DNA of 40,546 nt from the NCBI GenBank assembly GCA_016934175.1, contig JAFGTI010000044.1, positions 1 to 40,546 of the forward strand, read 5' to 3'. Shown here one piece after another: positions 9,751-21,138 of this stretch. The notes under the pieces are model-generated. The model saw only the letters and a list, made by a program, of their open reading frames with translations. It was not told the origin of the DNA and did no database searches. Numbering within the stretch: position 1 is the first letter of the stretch; each line of letters starts with the position of its first letter. The stretch comes from Acholeplasmataceae bacterium. Its GTDB lineage: Bacteria > Bacillota_I > Bacilli_A > Acholeplasmatales > Acholeplasmataceae. A program made the position numbers and the translations under genes.

Positions 9751-11568
9751 ATGGAAATTAGAAATATCGCAATTATTGCTCATGTCGATCATGGTAAAAC
9801 AACATTGGTTAATCAGTTGTTAAAACATAGTGAACGTTTTGATGCACATGCGCAATTAGATGATCGAGTCATGGACTCAAATGATATTGAAAGAGAACGC
9901 GGAATAACAATTCTAGCTAAAAATACAGCAATCATTTATAAAGATTATCGCATTAATATTTTAGATACACCAGGTCATGCTGATTTTGGTGGAGAAGTAG
10001 AAAGAATCATGCACATGGTGGATGGTGTTTTACTCTTGGTTGATGCATTTGAAGGAGTAATGCCTCAAACAAGATTTGTGCTAAAAAAAGCTTTGGAAGC
10101 AAAATTATTACCTATTGTTCTTGTCAATAAAATCGACCGTAAATTTGCTGATATACAAAAAACAGTCAATGAGATTTATGACCTGTTTATTGACCTGGGA
10201 GCTGATGAACATCAGCTTGATTTTCCAGTTTTATATGCGTCAGGTATTCAAGGGTTAGCAAACTACAAACCACATTTGGATTTAGATATAAAAATGGAAC
10301 CCATTTTGGATACCATTATTAAGTCAATTCCTAAACCTAATCAGGATGAAACTGAACACCTACTTTTTCAACCTGCTTTAATCGATTATAACGATTATGT
10401 CGGTCGTATGGGAATTGGTAAAATTTATAAAGGAACGCTAAGAGTTAATGAAACAGTTTCATGTATTCGCATGGATGGATCAATTGTTAACTTTAGAGTA
10501 CAAAAGATTTTTCAAAGCATGGGCATGGAAAAATTCGAAGTTGATGAAGCTTATTCAGGCGACATCGTATCTTTAGCGGGTCTACCAGATATTCATGTTG
10601 GAGAAACAGTGTGTGAAGTGGGCTATGAAGAAGCACTTCCTCATTTGCATATTGATGAACCCACCGTTCAAATTACATTTTTGACAAACAGTTCACCGTT
10701 TGCTGGAAAAGAAGGTAAACACGTTACTGCATCGAAAATTGATGAAAGATTATTTAAAGAGACACAAAAAGATGTATCACTCAAAGTAGAAAGAATTGGA
10801 ACAACTGAAGCTTGGACTGTTTCAGGTCGAGGTGAGTTACATTTAGGTATATTAATTGAAAATATGCGTCGCGAAAATTATGAATTTCAAGTGTCAAGAC
10901 CTAGAGTTATTGTTAAAATGGTTAATCAAGTTAAATGTGAACCCTATGAAGATGTTCAAATTGACTGTCCAACGGAATTCGTTGGTACAGTTATAGAAAT
11001 GCTTGGAGAACGCCGTGGAGATTTAGTATCAATGCACCAAACCGGAGATTATAGTAGAATTCATTACGTAATGCCTTCAAGAGGTCTAATTGGATTTATG
11101 ACACAATTTTTAACAGCAACTAAAGGGTATGGCATCTTATCTCATATCTTTATTGATTACCGTCCGATGTTAAATGATTCAGTTGGTAATAGAAGAACCG
11201 GAGCATTAGTATCTATGAATCAAGGAATGACTTCAGCTTATGCTATTGGTCGACTAGAAGATCGTGGATCTATGTTTATTGATCCAAGAGTATCTGTTTA
11301 TGAAGGAATGATAGTAGGAGAAGGTAATACAGATACAGATATGGTTGTCAACGTAACACAAGAAAAACAAATGACGAATATGCGTTCTGCCGGTAAAGAT
11401 TCAACTGTCGTGCTAAAAAAACCTAGACCTATGGGTTTAGAAGCGTGTATGGCTTTTATCAATGATGATGAACTAATTGAAATCACACCCAAGAGCATAC
11501 GTCTTAGAAAAGCATTGTTGAGAGCACTTGATCGCAAGAAATCATATTATAATGAAACAAAATTGTAA
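9751..11568 (+). CDS. typA: Translational GTPase TypA/BipA
   Basis: RNIAIIAHVDHGKTTLV, DTPGHADFGGEVER, NKID, GRGELHL, EITPKSIRLRK. Confidence 0.97.
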   Translation: MEIRNIAIIAHVDHGKTTLVNQLLKHSERFDAHAQLDDRVMDSNDIERERGITILAKNTAIIYKDYRINILDTPGHADFGGEVERIMHMVDGVLLLVDAFEGVMPQTRFVLKKALEAKLLPIVLVNKIDRKFADIQKTVNEIYDLFIDLGADEHQLDFPVLYASGIQGLANYKPHLDLDIKMEPILDTIIKSIPKPNQDETEHLLFQPALIDYNDYVGRMGIGKIYKGTLRVNETVSCIRMDGSIVNFRVQKIFQSMGMEKFEVDEAYSGDIVSLAGLPDIHVGETVCEVGYEEALPHLHIDEPTVQITFLTNSSPFAGKEGKHVTASKIDERLFKETQKDVSLKVERIGTTEAWTVSGRGELHLGILIENMRRENYEFQVSRPRVIVKMVNQVKCEPYEDVQIDCPTEFVGTVIEMLGERRGDLVSMHQTGDYSRIHYVMPSRGLIGFMTQFLTATKGYGILSHIFIDYRPMLNDSVGNRRTGALVSMNQGMTSAYAIGRLEDRGSMFIDPRVSVYEGMIVGEGNTDTDMVVNVTQEKQMTNMRSAGKDSTVVLKKPRPMGLEACMAFINDDELIEITPKSIRLRKALLRALDRKKSYYNETKL

Positions 11569-11660
11569 ATCATTCACTATCTTTTCACAATAGATGACTT
11601 TATAAAAATGTTATTTATTATGTTATAATAACAAGTAAGTAAAATGGAGGATTATTTGAT

Positions 11661-12101
11661 ATGAAAGTTGCAATAGGCAGTGATCATGGTGGATATGAAT
11701 TAAAAGAACAAATTAAAACTTACCTAAAGAGCAAAAACGTTGATTTAGTTGATTTTGGAACTAATTCAGGGGCATCAGTCGACTATCCTGATTTCGGAAA
11801 AAAAGTTGGTCTTGCTGTAACACATGAAAATTATGATTTTGGAATTATTTTATGTGGGACTGGTATTGGAATCAGCATTTCTGCAAATAAGATTAAGGGA
11901 GTTAGAGCAGCATTAGTTTATAATGAAGAAACAGCTCGACTTGCTAAAGAACATAATAATGCAAATATTATAGCTTTAGGTGGGAGAACCACGACAGTTA
12001 ATGAAGCATATAAAATAGTTGATACATTCATGAATTCAACATTTGAGCCTAGACATCAGAAACGTTTAGATAAAATATCAAAAATTGAGGAGAATGCATA
12101 A
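11661..12101 (+). CDS. rpiB: Ribose-5-phosphate isomerase B
   Basis: [31 protein letters not shown]. Confidence 0.95.
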   Translation: MKVAIGSDHGGYELKEQIKTYLKSKNVDLVDFGTNSGASVDYPDFGKKVGLAVTHENYDFGIILCGTGIGISISANKIKGVRAALVYNEETARLAKEHNNANIIALGGRTTTVNEAYKIVDTFMNSTFEPRHQKRLDKISKIEENA

Positions 12102-12727
12102 TGAGCAAAGTTGTAATACTGAACCATCCTCTGATTGATCATAAAATGATGAGAATCAGAGATAAAAGCACTGGAACAAAAGAATTTAGAGAAAGTGTCT
12201 CTGAAGTTGGTGGATTGATTACATATGAAATCACACGTGATTTCACTACTGTTCCTAAAACAGTTGAAACACCTATTTGTGAAACAACGGTTTATGAATT
12301 AGAAAAACAAGTTGTTATTGTCCCTATCTTACGTGCCGGACTTGGTATGGTTGATGGTATTCACAATATCATTCCAACTGCGAAAATCGGTCATATTGGA
12401 CTTTATCGCGACGAAGAAACATTAATGCCTCAGGTTTATTATTCAAAATTCCCTAAGGATATTGATCAAAGTATCGTTTTAGTAGTTGATCCTATGTTAG
12501 CAAGTGGTGGATCAGCTTCAAAAGCCATTGATATCTTAAAAGATCATGGAGCTACTGATATTAGATACGTTGGACTAGTGGGATGTCCTGAAGGTGTAGC
12601 AAGACTACAAAAGGATCATCCAGATGTCAGTATATATTTAGCTGCACTTGATAGTCATCTTAATGAACGTGGATATATCGTACCGGGTCTAGGAGACTGT
12701 GGGGATCGCTTATTTGGGACAAAGTAG
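12101..12727 (+). CDS. upp: Uracil phosphoribosyltransferase
   Basis: [34 protein letters not shown]. Confidence 0.97.
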   Translation: MSKVVILNHPLIDHKMMRIRDKSTGTKEFRESVSEVGGLITYEITRDFTTVPKTVETPICETTVYELEKQVVIVPILRAGLGMVDGIHNIIPTAKIGHIGLYRDEETLMPQVYYSKFPKDIDQSIVLVVDPMLASGGSASKAIDILKDHGATDIRYVGLVGCPEGVARLQKDHPDVSIYLAALDSHLNERGYIVPGLGDCGDRLFGTK

Positions 12728-12743
12728 AAATAAAAGAATCATC

Positions 12744-12953
12744 ATGCTTTATGTTTTAGTCATTCAATTATTTTTTACAGTTGCAGGACTTTCAATATTG
12801 GGCATTTATATCGGAATGAAAATCAATCCAGAAGGTACATTGCCAACAATATTAGCTGCAGCTGGATTAATTTTGGGCATCGTAATAAGTTTTATTACAA
12901 TTATTCAGTTCATCAAAAGCGAGGAACGTTATGAAAGAAGTTCACAAGATTAG
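12744..12953 (+). CDS. AtpZ/AtpI-family small 2-TM membrane protein (start uncertain: 12699, 12714 or 12744)
   Basis: Two hydrophobic helices with GIYIG and GLILG; first gene of the atp cluster. Confidence 0.6.
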   Translation: MLYVLVIQLFFTVAGLSILGIYIGMKINPEGTLPTILAAAGLILGIVISFITIIQFIKSEERYERSSQD

Positions 12954-13335
12954 TTTAATCGCAATTGTATATGGGCTTATCTTAAGTCTGGTTACATGGA
13001 TTTTTTTCAGTGATTATATATTATGGGTTGTTTTAGGTTCTTTAACATCACTTTTTAATCATAGTCAAATGATTCATATTACCAAAGGAAAGTATTCAAC
13101 ACAAATGTTGATATTGCACATTTTTCAGCGTTATGCTATGTATACAATTATTATTGCTATCGCTTTTTTTGACACTAAAGATCTTGCAGACCAAAAAATT
13201 ATGATGTATACGTTTATATTTCTGCTTCTTGGCTTTATGGCAGTTAAAGTTGGGGCACTTATTTACGCGACACCTCTCATCAAAAAACCTGTAGAGAAGG
13301 GGGAGTATGTGGATTATGATAACCCAGATTCTTGA
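12931..13335 (+). CDS. atpI: ATP synthase protein I
   Basis: 134 aa, about 4 TM helices, QRY motif, directly before subunit a. Confidence 0.7.
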   Translation: MKEVHKISLIAIVYGLILSLVTWIFFSDYILWVVLGSLTSLFNHSQMIHITKGKYSTQMLILHIFQRYAMYTIIIAIAFFDTKDLADQKIMMYTFIFLLLGFMAVKVGALIYATPLIKKPVEKGEYVDYDNPDS

Positions 13336-13990
13336 TTATTTAAAAAACTTACCCGTGTATTTCTACACATCACTTGGTATTATGGCACTGATAGCAATTC
13401 TTTCTGTTATCGCAGGCAATAAAGTGAAAAAAATGGATGTGAGACAAACACCATCAAAGTTTATGACCATCTTTATATCTGCGGTAGAATCGTATAACAC
13501 CATGATTAAGGGATATATCGGGAAACATTGGACATTTGTTGCACCTGTCACTCTTACTTTAGCAGCTTATGTGTTTCTTTCTAATATTTCTGGCGCCTTT
13601 GCCCTAGATTCACCAACGAAATATACAAGTATTACTTTTTCAATATCTATTACTTCATTTATCATCGTTCAACTTACAGGCTTAATTTCACAAAGTTGGA
13701 GACACTTTTTAGGATTATTCAAACCTTTTTGGCCAATGTTTCCTTTAAACGTTATGAGTGAATTTACACCAATTATTTCTATGTCACTACGTTTATTTGG
13801 TAATATTGCGAGTGGTTCAGTATTTCTATTCTTGATTTATAAATTTGGTGGTTGGTTATCGATCTTCATTGCTCCAGCATTTCACATGGTTTTCGATATT
13901 GGATTTGGATTAATTCAAGCAGTCGTCGTTGTTTTATTAACAGTTATCTTTGCGTCTAACAAAGTCAGTGAAAGCGACTTTGCTAAATAA
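13307..13990 (+). CDS. atpB: ATP synthase Fo subunit a
   Basis: SMSLRLFGNI with the essential Arg; LIQAVV. Confidence 0.93.
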   Translation: MWIMITQILDYLKNLPVYFYTSLGIMALIAILSVIAGNKVKKMDVRQTPSKFMTIFISAVESYNTMIKGYIGKHWTFVAPVTLTLAAYVFLSNISGAFALDSPTKYTSITFSISITSFIIVQLTGLISQSWRHFLGLFKPFWPMFPLNVMSEFTPIISMSLRLFGNIASGSVFLFLIYKFGGWLSIFIAPAFHMVFDIGFGLIQAVVVVLLTVIFASNKVSESDFAK

Positions 13991-14017
13991 TATAATAAAA
14001 ATTAAAGGAGAATTTAT

Positions 14018-14299
14018 ATGTTACATTTATTGAGTCAAATGTTACCTGCAATTTTAGATGTTGTGCCCAATGAATTTTATGCAAGCGGATTGGCTTACAT
14101 CGGCGCTGGTATCGCAGTATTTACTGGTTTTGGTACAGGTATTGGTCAAGGTATTGCAGCATCAAAAGCTGTTGAAGCAGTAGGTCGTCAACCAGAAGCT
14201 TCTGGTAAGATTACAACAACGATGATTATTGGTCAAGCAGTTGCAGAAACAACTGGGTTATATGGTTTATTAATTGCATTCATATTAATCAATAAATAA
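14018..14299 (+). CDS. atpE: ATP synthase Fo subunit c with Na+-binding signature
   Basis: GTGIGQG...GRQPEA...[11 protein letters not shown]. Confidence 0.95.
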   Translation: MLHLLSQMLPAILDVVPNEFYASGLAYIGAGIAVFTGFGTGIGQGIAASKAVEAVGRQPEASGKITTTMIIGQAVAETTGLYGLLIAFILINK

Positions 14300-14317
14300 A
14301 AAGAAGGATTTGATTTC

Positions 14318-14854
14318 GTGAGAGAAATATTTGAAGAAGTGTCTGTTTTGATTGAAAATGGATTAAATTCAGTAATGAATCGACCAGACATCGTAATATT
14401 AAATATCTTGGCATTGATTGTATTGCTTGTTTTTGTGCGTACTTTTTTATGGAAACGGATTACTGATTTTATCAATCAACGTCAAAAAGCATTGACTGAA
14501 GCTTTAGAAAATGCAGACTTAGAACGTGAAATAGCAAAAAGTTTACAAGAAAAATCACATAAAGATTATGAAGCAATGCGTGAAGAAACAAGAATATTAA
14601 AAGAAAAATTAACGCTTGAAGCATATAAGCAACAAGAAGAATTAATTACGAGTGCAAAAAAAGAAGCTAAGCGTCGTTTGGATCAGGCAGATAAAGACAT
14701 TGAGTTTGAAATCATTCAAGCGAATGAACAAATCAAACAATCGATTAAAGAGATTGCTTTTGCTGCTGCAGAAAAAATCGTTAAAAGAGAAATTGATGAA
14801 AATGTTCATCAAGATATCATTGATGATATTGTTCAAGAAAGAGAAGTTCGATGA
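14318..14854 (+). CDS. atpF: ATP synthase Fo subunit b
   Basis: One N-terminal TM then a long charged coiled coil, AAEKIV; GTG start after GAAGGA. Confidence 0.9.
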   Translation: MREIFEEVSVLIENGLNSVMNRPDIVILNILALIVLLVFVRTFLWKRITDFINQRQKALTEALENADLEREIAKSLQEKSHKDYEAMREETRILKEKLTLEAYKQQEELITSAKKEAKRRLDQADKDIEFEIIQANEQIKQSIKEIAFAAAEKIVKREIDENVHQDIIDDIVQEREVR

Positions 14855-15363
14855 GTATTTCCAACTATGCTAAAGCACTCTATCAGATTGCTAAAGACAA
14901 TGATAATATAAATCTCATTACTTTTCAATTTGGAGAATTTAAAAATTTGATGTCTGATCAACAAGGCTGGATTTTAATGATGGATTCTCCAATGATGAAT
15001 TTAAGTGAGAAAATAAAAATGATTGACATACTCAATTATGATGTCTCATTTTTATCGTTTATCAAGATGTTAGCTAAAAAAAGATTGGTCCATTTATACT
15101 TAGAAATTTATGAAGAATGGATACATATGGCGCGTGCTTTTCAAAATATAGCGCATCTTCACATTTATTCTGCTAAACCGATTACTGAAAAGCAGGAAGC
15201 ATCCTTAAGAAAAGTGATTCAACCTCGATTCCCTAATCAAAAACTAGAATTTCATATTACAATTGATGAACATTTGCTAGGTGGCATCAAAATTGTCCAT
15301 CAGGGACAATCACTGGATCGATCCATTGCCCGTGAAATCAAAGAATTATATACAACGATTTAA
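14851..15363 (+). CDS. atpH: ATP synthase F1 subunit delta
   Basis: YAKAL, IDEHLLGGIKI...LDRSI. Confidence 0.9.
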   Translation: MSISNYAKALYQIAKDNDNINLITFQFGEFKNLMSDQQGWILMMDSPMMNLSEKIKMIDILNYDVSFLSFIKMLAKKRLVHLYLEIYEEWIHMARAFQNIAHLHIYSAKPITEKQEASLRKVIQPRFPNQKLEFHITIDEHLLGGIKIVHQGQSLDRSIAREIKELYTTI

Positions 15364-15376
15364 GGTGGTGTAGACA

Positions 15377-16882
15377 TTGTCAAAATTAAAAGTCCAAGAA
15401 ATGACGGAAATCATAAAAAAACAGATTCAGTCATTTGAGCAAGACGTTAAACTAGAAAATATTGGTAAGGTTTTAAGCGTAGGAGATGGTATTGCTATCG
15501 TCTATGGTCTTCAACAAGCAATGATGGGTGAACTCCTAGAGTTTCCACATGATGTCAAAGGACTCGTTTTTAATCTTGAAGAATCCAGTGTTGGTGTTAT
15601 TCTTTTAGGAGAAAGCGACAAGATTAAAGAAGGCGACTTAGTTAAAACGACTAAGCGTATTTTTGAGGTACCTGTTGGTGAAGAACTATTAGGTAGAGTC
15701 GTTAATCCGTTAGGTGAACCGCTTGATGCTGGTGGATCAATTTCAACCAAAAAATTCTTACCTGTTGAAAGAAAAGCTCAAGGTGTCATGGCTAGAGGTT
15801 CAATTAATGCTTCTATGGAAACAGGAATTAAAGTTATTGATGCTCTTGTTCCTATTGGACGTGGTCAAAGAGAACTTATTATCGGTGATAGACAAACCGG
15901 GAAAACAACACTTGCTGTTGACACGATACTTAATCAAAAAGGTAAAGATGTCATTTGTATTTATGTTGCGATCGGTCAGAAAGAATCAAGTGTGTCAACA
16001 CTTGTTCAATTACTTTCACAACATCAAGCGATGGAATATACTATCGTCGTTGTAGCTGGTGCTTCAAGAGAAGGAACACTTCTTTATCTTGCACCTTTTG
16101 CTGGTGTTACCATGGGTGAATATTTCATGGAACAAGGTAAAGATGTTTTGATCGTTTATGATGATTTATCAAAACACGCGGTTGCTTACCGTGAATTATC
16201 ATTATTGCTTCGCCGTCCACCAGGACGTGAAGCTTATCCTGGAGATGTTTTCTATCTTCATTCAAGACTTCTTGAAAGATCGGCTCGTCTTAATGATAAA
16301 TTAGGTGGTGGTTCGATCACTGCGCTTCCAATTATTGAAACGAAAGCTGGAGACATTTCGGCTTATATTCCAACGAATGTTATTTCAATTACCGATGGTC
16401 AAATTTTCTTAGAAGCCGAATTATTCTATTCAGGTATTCGTCCCGCAATCAATGCTGGACTTTCGGTATCACGTGTAGGTGGTGCAGCGCAATGGAAAGC
16501 AATGAAAAAGGTATCTGGTACGGTACGTATCAACCTTGCAAACTATAGAGAATTAGAATCATTTGCACAATTTGGTTCTGACTTAGATGCGAGTGCGAAA
16601 CGTCGACTTGAACGTGGTAGAAAAACTGTTGAAATTTTGATTCAAGATGTTCATGAACTGATTGAAATGCCAACACAGATTGTGACTATTTATGCTCTAT
16701 CTTCAGGTATGATGGACGATGTTGATATTGAAGATGTCAAGAAGTTAGAAAATGAAATCAACCAAGGATTACATATGAATGAACTTGGTCAAAAAATTTA
16801 TAAACAATTAATTGAAACAAAAAATCTCCCAGACACGAAAGATCTAGATACATTTATTCATAGTTTGAAGAGGATGATTTGA
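15377..16882 (+). CDS. atpA: ATP synthase F1 subunit alpha
   Basis: [28 protein letters not shown]; TTG start after AAGGTGG. Confidence 0.97.
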   Translation: MSKLKVQEMTEIIKKQIQSFEQDVKLENIGKVLSVGDGIAIVYGLQQAMMGELLEFPHDVKGLVFNLEESSVGVILLGESDKIKEGDLVKTTKRIFEVPVGEELLGRVVNPLGEPLDAGGSISTKKFLPVERKAQGVMARGSINASMETGIKVIDALVPIGRGQRELIIGDRQTGKTTLAVDTILNQKGKDVICIYVAIGQKESSVSTLVQLLSQHQAMEYTIVVVAGASREGTLLYLAPFAGVTMGEYFMEQGKDVLIVYDDLSKHAVAYRELSLLLRRPPGREAYPGDVFYLHSRLLERSARLNDKLGGGSITALPIIETKAGDISAYIPTNVISITDGQIFLEAELFYSGIRPAINAGLSVSRVGGAAQWKAMKKVSGTVRINLANYRELESFAQFGSDLDASAKRRLERGRKTVEILIQDVHELIEMPTQIVTIYALSSGMMDDVDIEDVKKLENEINQGLHMNELGQKIYKQLIETKNLPDTKDLDTFIHSLKRMI

Positions 16883-16883
16883 T

Positions 16884-17726
16884 ATGGGATTGAAGGATAT
16901 TAAAATGAGAATGGTGGCAATCAATAAGACTGCCTCGATTACTCAAGCAATGCATAATATTGCATTATCCAAGATTAAAAAATCAGGTGAATTACTGAAT
17001 AGAACAAGAGATTTTGTTATTAAACTTCATAGCATCTTGGAATATGCAAATCGCAGTAATGAAGATGTTCATAGACTCACTTCAGTTAATGAAGGAAAAA
17101 CTAAATTATATGTCTTAGTTACAAGCGATCGTGGGCTAGCAGGAAGTTATCATAATCAGTTATTCAAAGCTTTTTTGGATGAAGTCAAAGATATACCTAA
17201 AAAAGATTATAGAGTCTTTGTTCTAGGTAAAAAAGGATTTTATTTTGCTCAAAAAAGAAAGTTACCTATGGTTAATGAAGCGATTATATATAACCGTGAT
17301 GATATTACTGCAATGTATTTTAGACCCTATGCAGATCTCATCAAAGATGTTTTTATGGAAGGTGCAGTTGATGAAGTGATACTATTCTATAATCACTATA
17401 TCAATACAGCAACTCAAACTGTGAAAAAACGTGTCATTCTTCCAGTCATATTTGATGAAGAAGAAAAATCAAATGAAGATTTTATTTATGACACATCACC
17501 TGAAGTTGTATTAAACCATACAGTCAATATTTATATCGAAAGTAGTATCTTTACAGCATTAGCTGATGCAAAATTAAGTGAACATGCTTCACGAATGATT
17601 GCAATGAAAAGTGCAACTGATAACGCGAATGAAATTGTTGAAAGACTTCATACGATATATCATAGAGCAAGACAGCAAGAAATTACAAGTGAAATCATTG
17701 ACGTTGTCAATGGTTCTAACGTGTAA
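16884..17726 (+). CDS. atpG: ATP synthase F1 subunit gamma
   Basis: ITQAM, TSDRGLAG, SEHASRMIAMKSATDNA, RQQEITSEI. Confidence 0.96.
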   Translation: MGLKDIKMRMVAINKTASITQAMHNIALSKIKKSGELLNRTRDFVIKLHSILEYANRSNEDVHRLTSVNEGKTKLYVLVTSDRGLAGSYHNQLFKAFLDEVKDIPKKDYRVFVLGKKGFYFAQKRKLPMVNEAIIYNRDDITAMYFRPYADLIKDVFMEGAVDEVILFYNHYINTATQTVKKRVILPVIFDEEEKSNEDFIYDTSPEVVLNHTVNIYIESSIFTALADAKLSEHASRMIAMKSATDNANEIVERLHTIYHRARQQEITSEIIDVVNGSNV

Positions 17727-19510
<1,784 letters not shown>

Positions 19511-19521
19511 GAGGGTTTAAA

Positions 19522-19728
19522 ATGGATGATGTCATTTATTTTGTTTCCTTGATGGTTTTCTTTGCTGTCAGTCTTAGAGTTTTAAGGGCTGTCCATATTG
19601 AAAGCAAATTTGAAAAAATGAAGATTTGGGAAATTAAGACAGCATATTTTCTAATATCCTTGATTTTCGCTCATATGCTTGCAGAAATCATGGTTAAGTT
19701 ATCTCAGTTACTCACAAATAATATGTAG
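19522..19728 (+). CDS. DUF1146 (YwzB-like) small 2-TM membrane protein
   Basis: 68 aa, two TM helices around IESKFEK; strong RBS GGAGG; sits after atpC as in Firmicutes. Confidence 0.7.
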   Translation: MDDVIYFVSLMVFFAVSLRVLRAVHIESKFEKMKIWEIKTAYFLISLIFAHMLAEIMVKLSQLLTNNM

Positions 19729-19730
19729 AT

Positions 19731-19760
19731 AGAGCATAGGAAGCCCTATGCTTTTCTATT
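19731..19760 (+). terminator. Terminator of the atp operon
   Basis: AGCATAGG-AAGC-CCTATGCT plus T-rich tail. Confidence 0.8.
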
Positions 19761-19877
19761 ATATACATAGATATAGTGTGGTATGTGGATTAATCAGTTT
19801 TCATTAAATAACAAAATATACCAACTTTTCTAAATTAACAACTAATATATCGATTTAGGAGAAGTGAAAGCGTATTA

Positions 19878-19960
19878 TTTATATTTGTTTTATATTTAAA
19901 AATAATAATATAGAAAATACATATTTTATCCTTTATATCTTGTTTATATCGTGCTATAAT
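19878..19960 (+). promoter_or_regulatory. phnD promoter with 11-bp-spaced TTTATAT direct repeats (Pho-box-like)
   Basis: TTTATAT at 19878/19889 and 19932/19943; TGnTATAAT at 19952-19960. Confidence 0.5.
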
Positions 19961-19996
19961 GAAAACATAAAATAAAGAAAAAAGGAGAATATTGTT

Positions 19997-21055
19997 GTGA
20001 AGAAAATTGTACTATTTGTTCTTACATTTGTATTTATCGTAAGTTTATCCTCATGCCAACCAGCTGAGAAGACAAACTTAAGTGTATTCTTTGTTCCTTC
20101 TAGAGACAATGCAACATTAGTCAAAGGGATTAGTTATTTGCCAAGTCTTTTAAAAGCAGAAATGTCTGATTTGGGTTATGATTTTGAAACAGTTAGTGTT
20201 TATGTTGGTACTTCATATGAAGCAGTTGGCGAAGCACTTGATGCTGGAACTGCAGATATCGGATTTATTCCTGGTGGAACTTATGCAGTTTATGCTGATG
20301 GAAAGAACATGGATGTTGCATTAACTGCAACTCGTGGTGGGCTTTCTAAAGACTTTGTAGACGCTAAAGACTGGAATGATGGACAAGCTACAACTTCAAA
20401 TTCTGCAACTCAAGTCAATTTCTATCGTTCAATTGGTATTGTTGGTCAATCAGTTAAGGGTCGCGCATTAGCAGCAACGATTAATGGTGGCGGAGAAATC
20501 ACATGGGAAGATCTTCAAACTGTTAAGATTGGTGTCCAATCAGTCACTTCATCTTCAGGGCGTGTTTATCCTTCATTATTATTTAATGATTTATATGGCC
20601 ACACTTTAGCAGATCTACCTACTGCTAATATTATCTTAGTTTCTGGATATGGTGGAGCAGCTTCAGCACTTGCAGCTGGAACAATTGACTTAGCATTTGG
20701 TTATGCAGACTTCAGAAGAGATTATGCTGATGAATGGATTGGCACTGACGAAGGCGATTATGCTCAAGATAATACGATTTGGGAAGATACAGATGTAGTT
20801 TTTGTTACAGATAAAATTTATAATGATACAATTACAGTTTCTAAGAAGACTGTAGATGATGATCTTCAAGCAGCTATCGAACAAGCTTTTATTAATTTAG
20901 TTGCAGATACAACACCACTTTCACCTGTTGATTCTTCTGGTTACTTCGTAACTACAAAGGATATATTTAAAGTGTACAGTCATGAGGGTTATGTTATTGC
21001 CGATGATTCTGATTACGATCTTGAACGCGCAGCTGCAGAAATTGTAAACGGCTAA
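19997..21055 (+). CDS. phnD: Phosphate/phosphite/phosphonate ABC transporter substrate-binding lipoprotein
   Basis: Lipobox LSSC; FVPS, SYEAVGEAL, SVTSSSG; heads a phnC-phnE-phnE cluster. Confidence 0.88.
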   Translation: MKKIVLFVLTFVFIVSLSSCQPAEKTNLSVFFVPSRDNATLVKGISYLPSLLKAEMSDLGYDFETVSVYVGTSYEAVGEALDAGTADIGFIPGGTYAVYADGKNMDVALTATRGGLSKDFVDAKDWNDGQATTSNSATQVNFYRSIGIVGQSVKGRALAATINGGGEITWEDLQTVKIGVQSVTSSSGRVYPSLLFNDLYGHTLADLPTANIILVSGYGGAASALAAGTIDLAFGYADFRRDYADEWIGTDEGDYAQDNTIWEDTDVVFVTDKIYNDTITVSKKTVDDDLQAAIEQAFINLVADTTPLSPVDSSGYFVTTKDIFKVYSHEGYVIADDSDYDLERAAAEIVNG

Positions 21056-21091
21056 TCAATTTAATACAATAATAAATAATTTGATAGGAGT

Positions 21092-21123
21092 AGGCTTAAT
21101 ATCACATTAAGCCTTCTTTTTTC
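21092..21123 (+). terminator. Intra-operon hairpin (partial terminator or mRNA stabiliser) between phnD and phnC
   Basis: AGGCTTAAT-ATCAC-ATTAAGCCT followed by TCTTTTTTC. Confidence 0.65.
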
Positions 21124-21138
21124 AAAAAGGAGCAAACA

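Noticed and set aside
19865-19878. cre/LacI-like site TGAAAGCGTATTAT
   Set aside because: Only the left half matches and it is not palindromic
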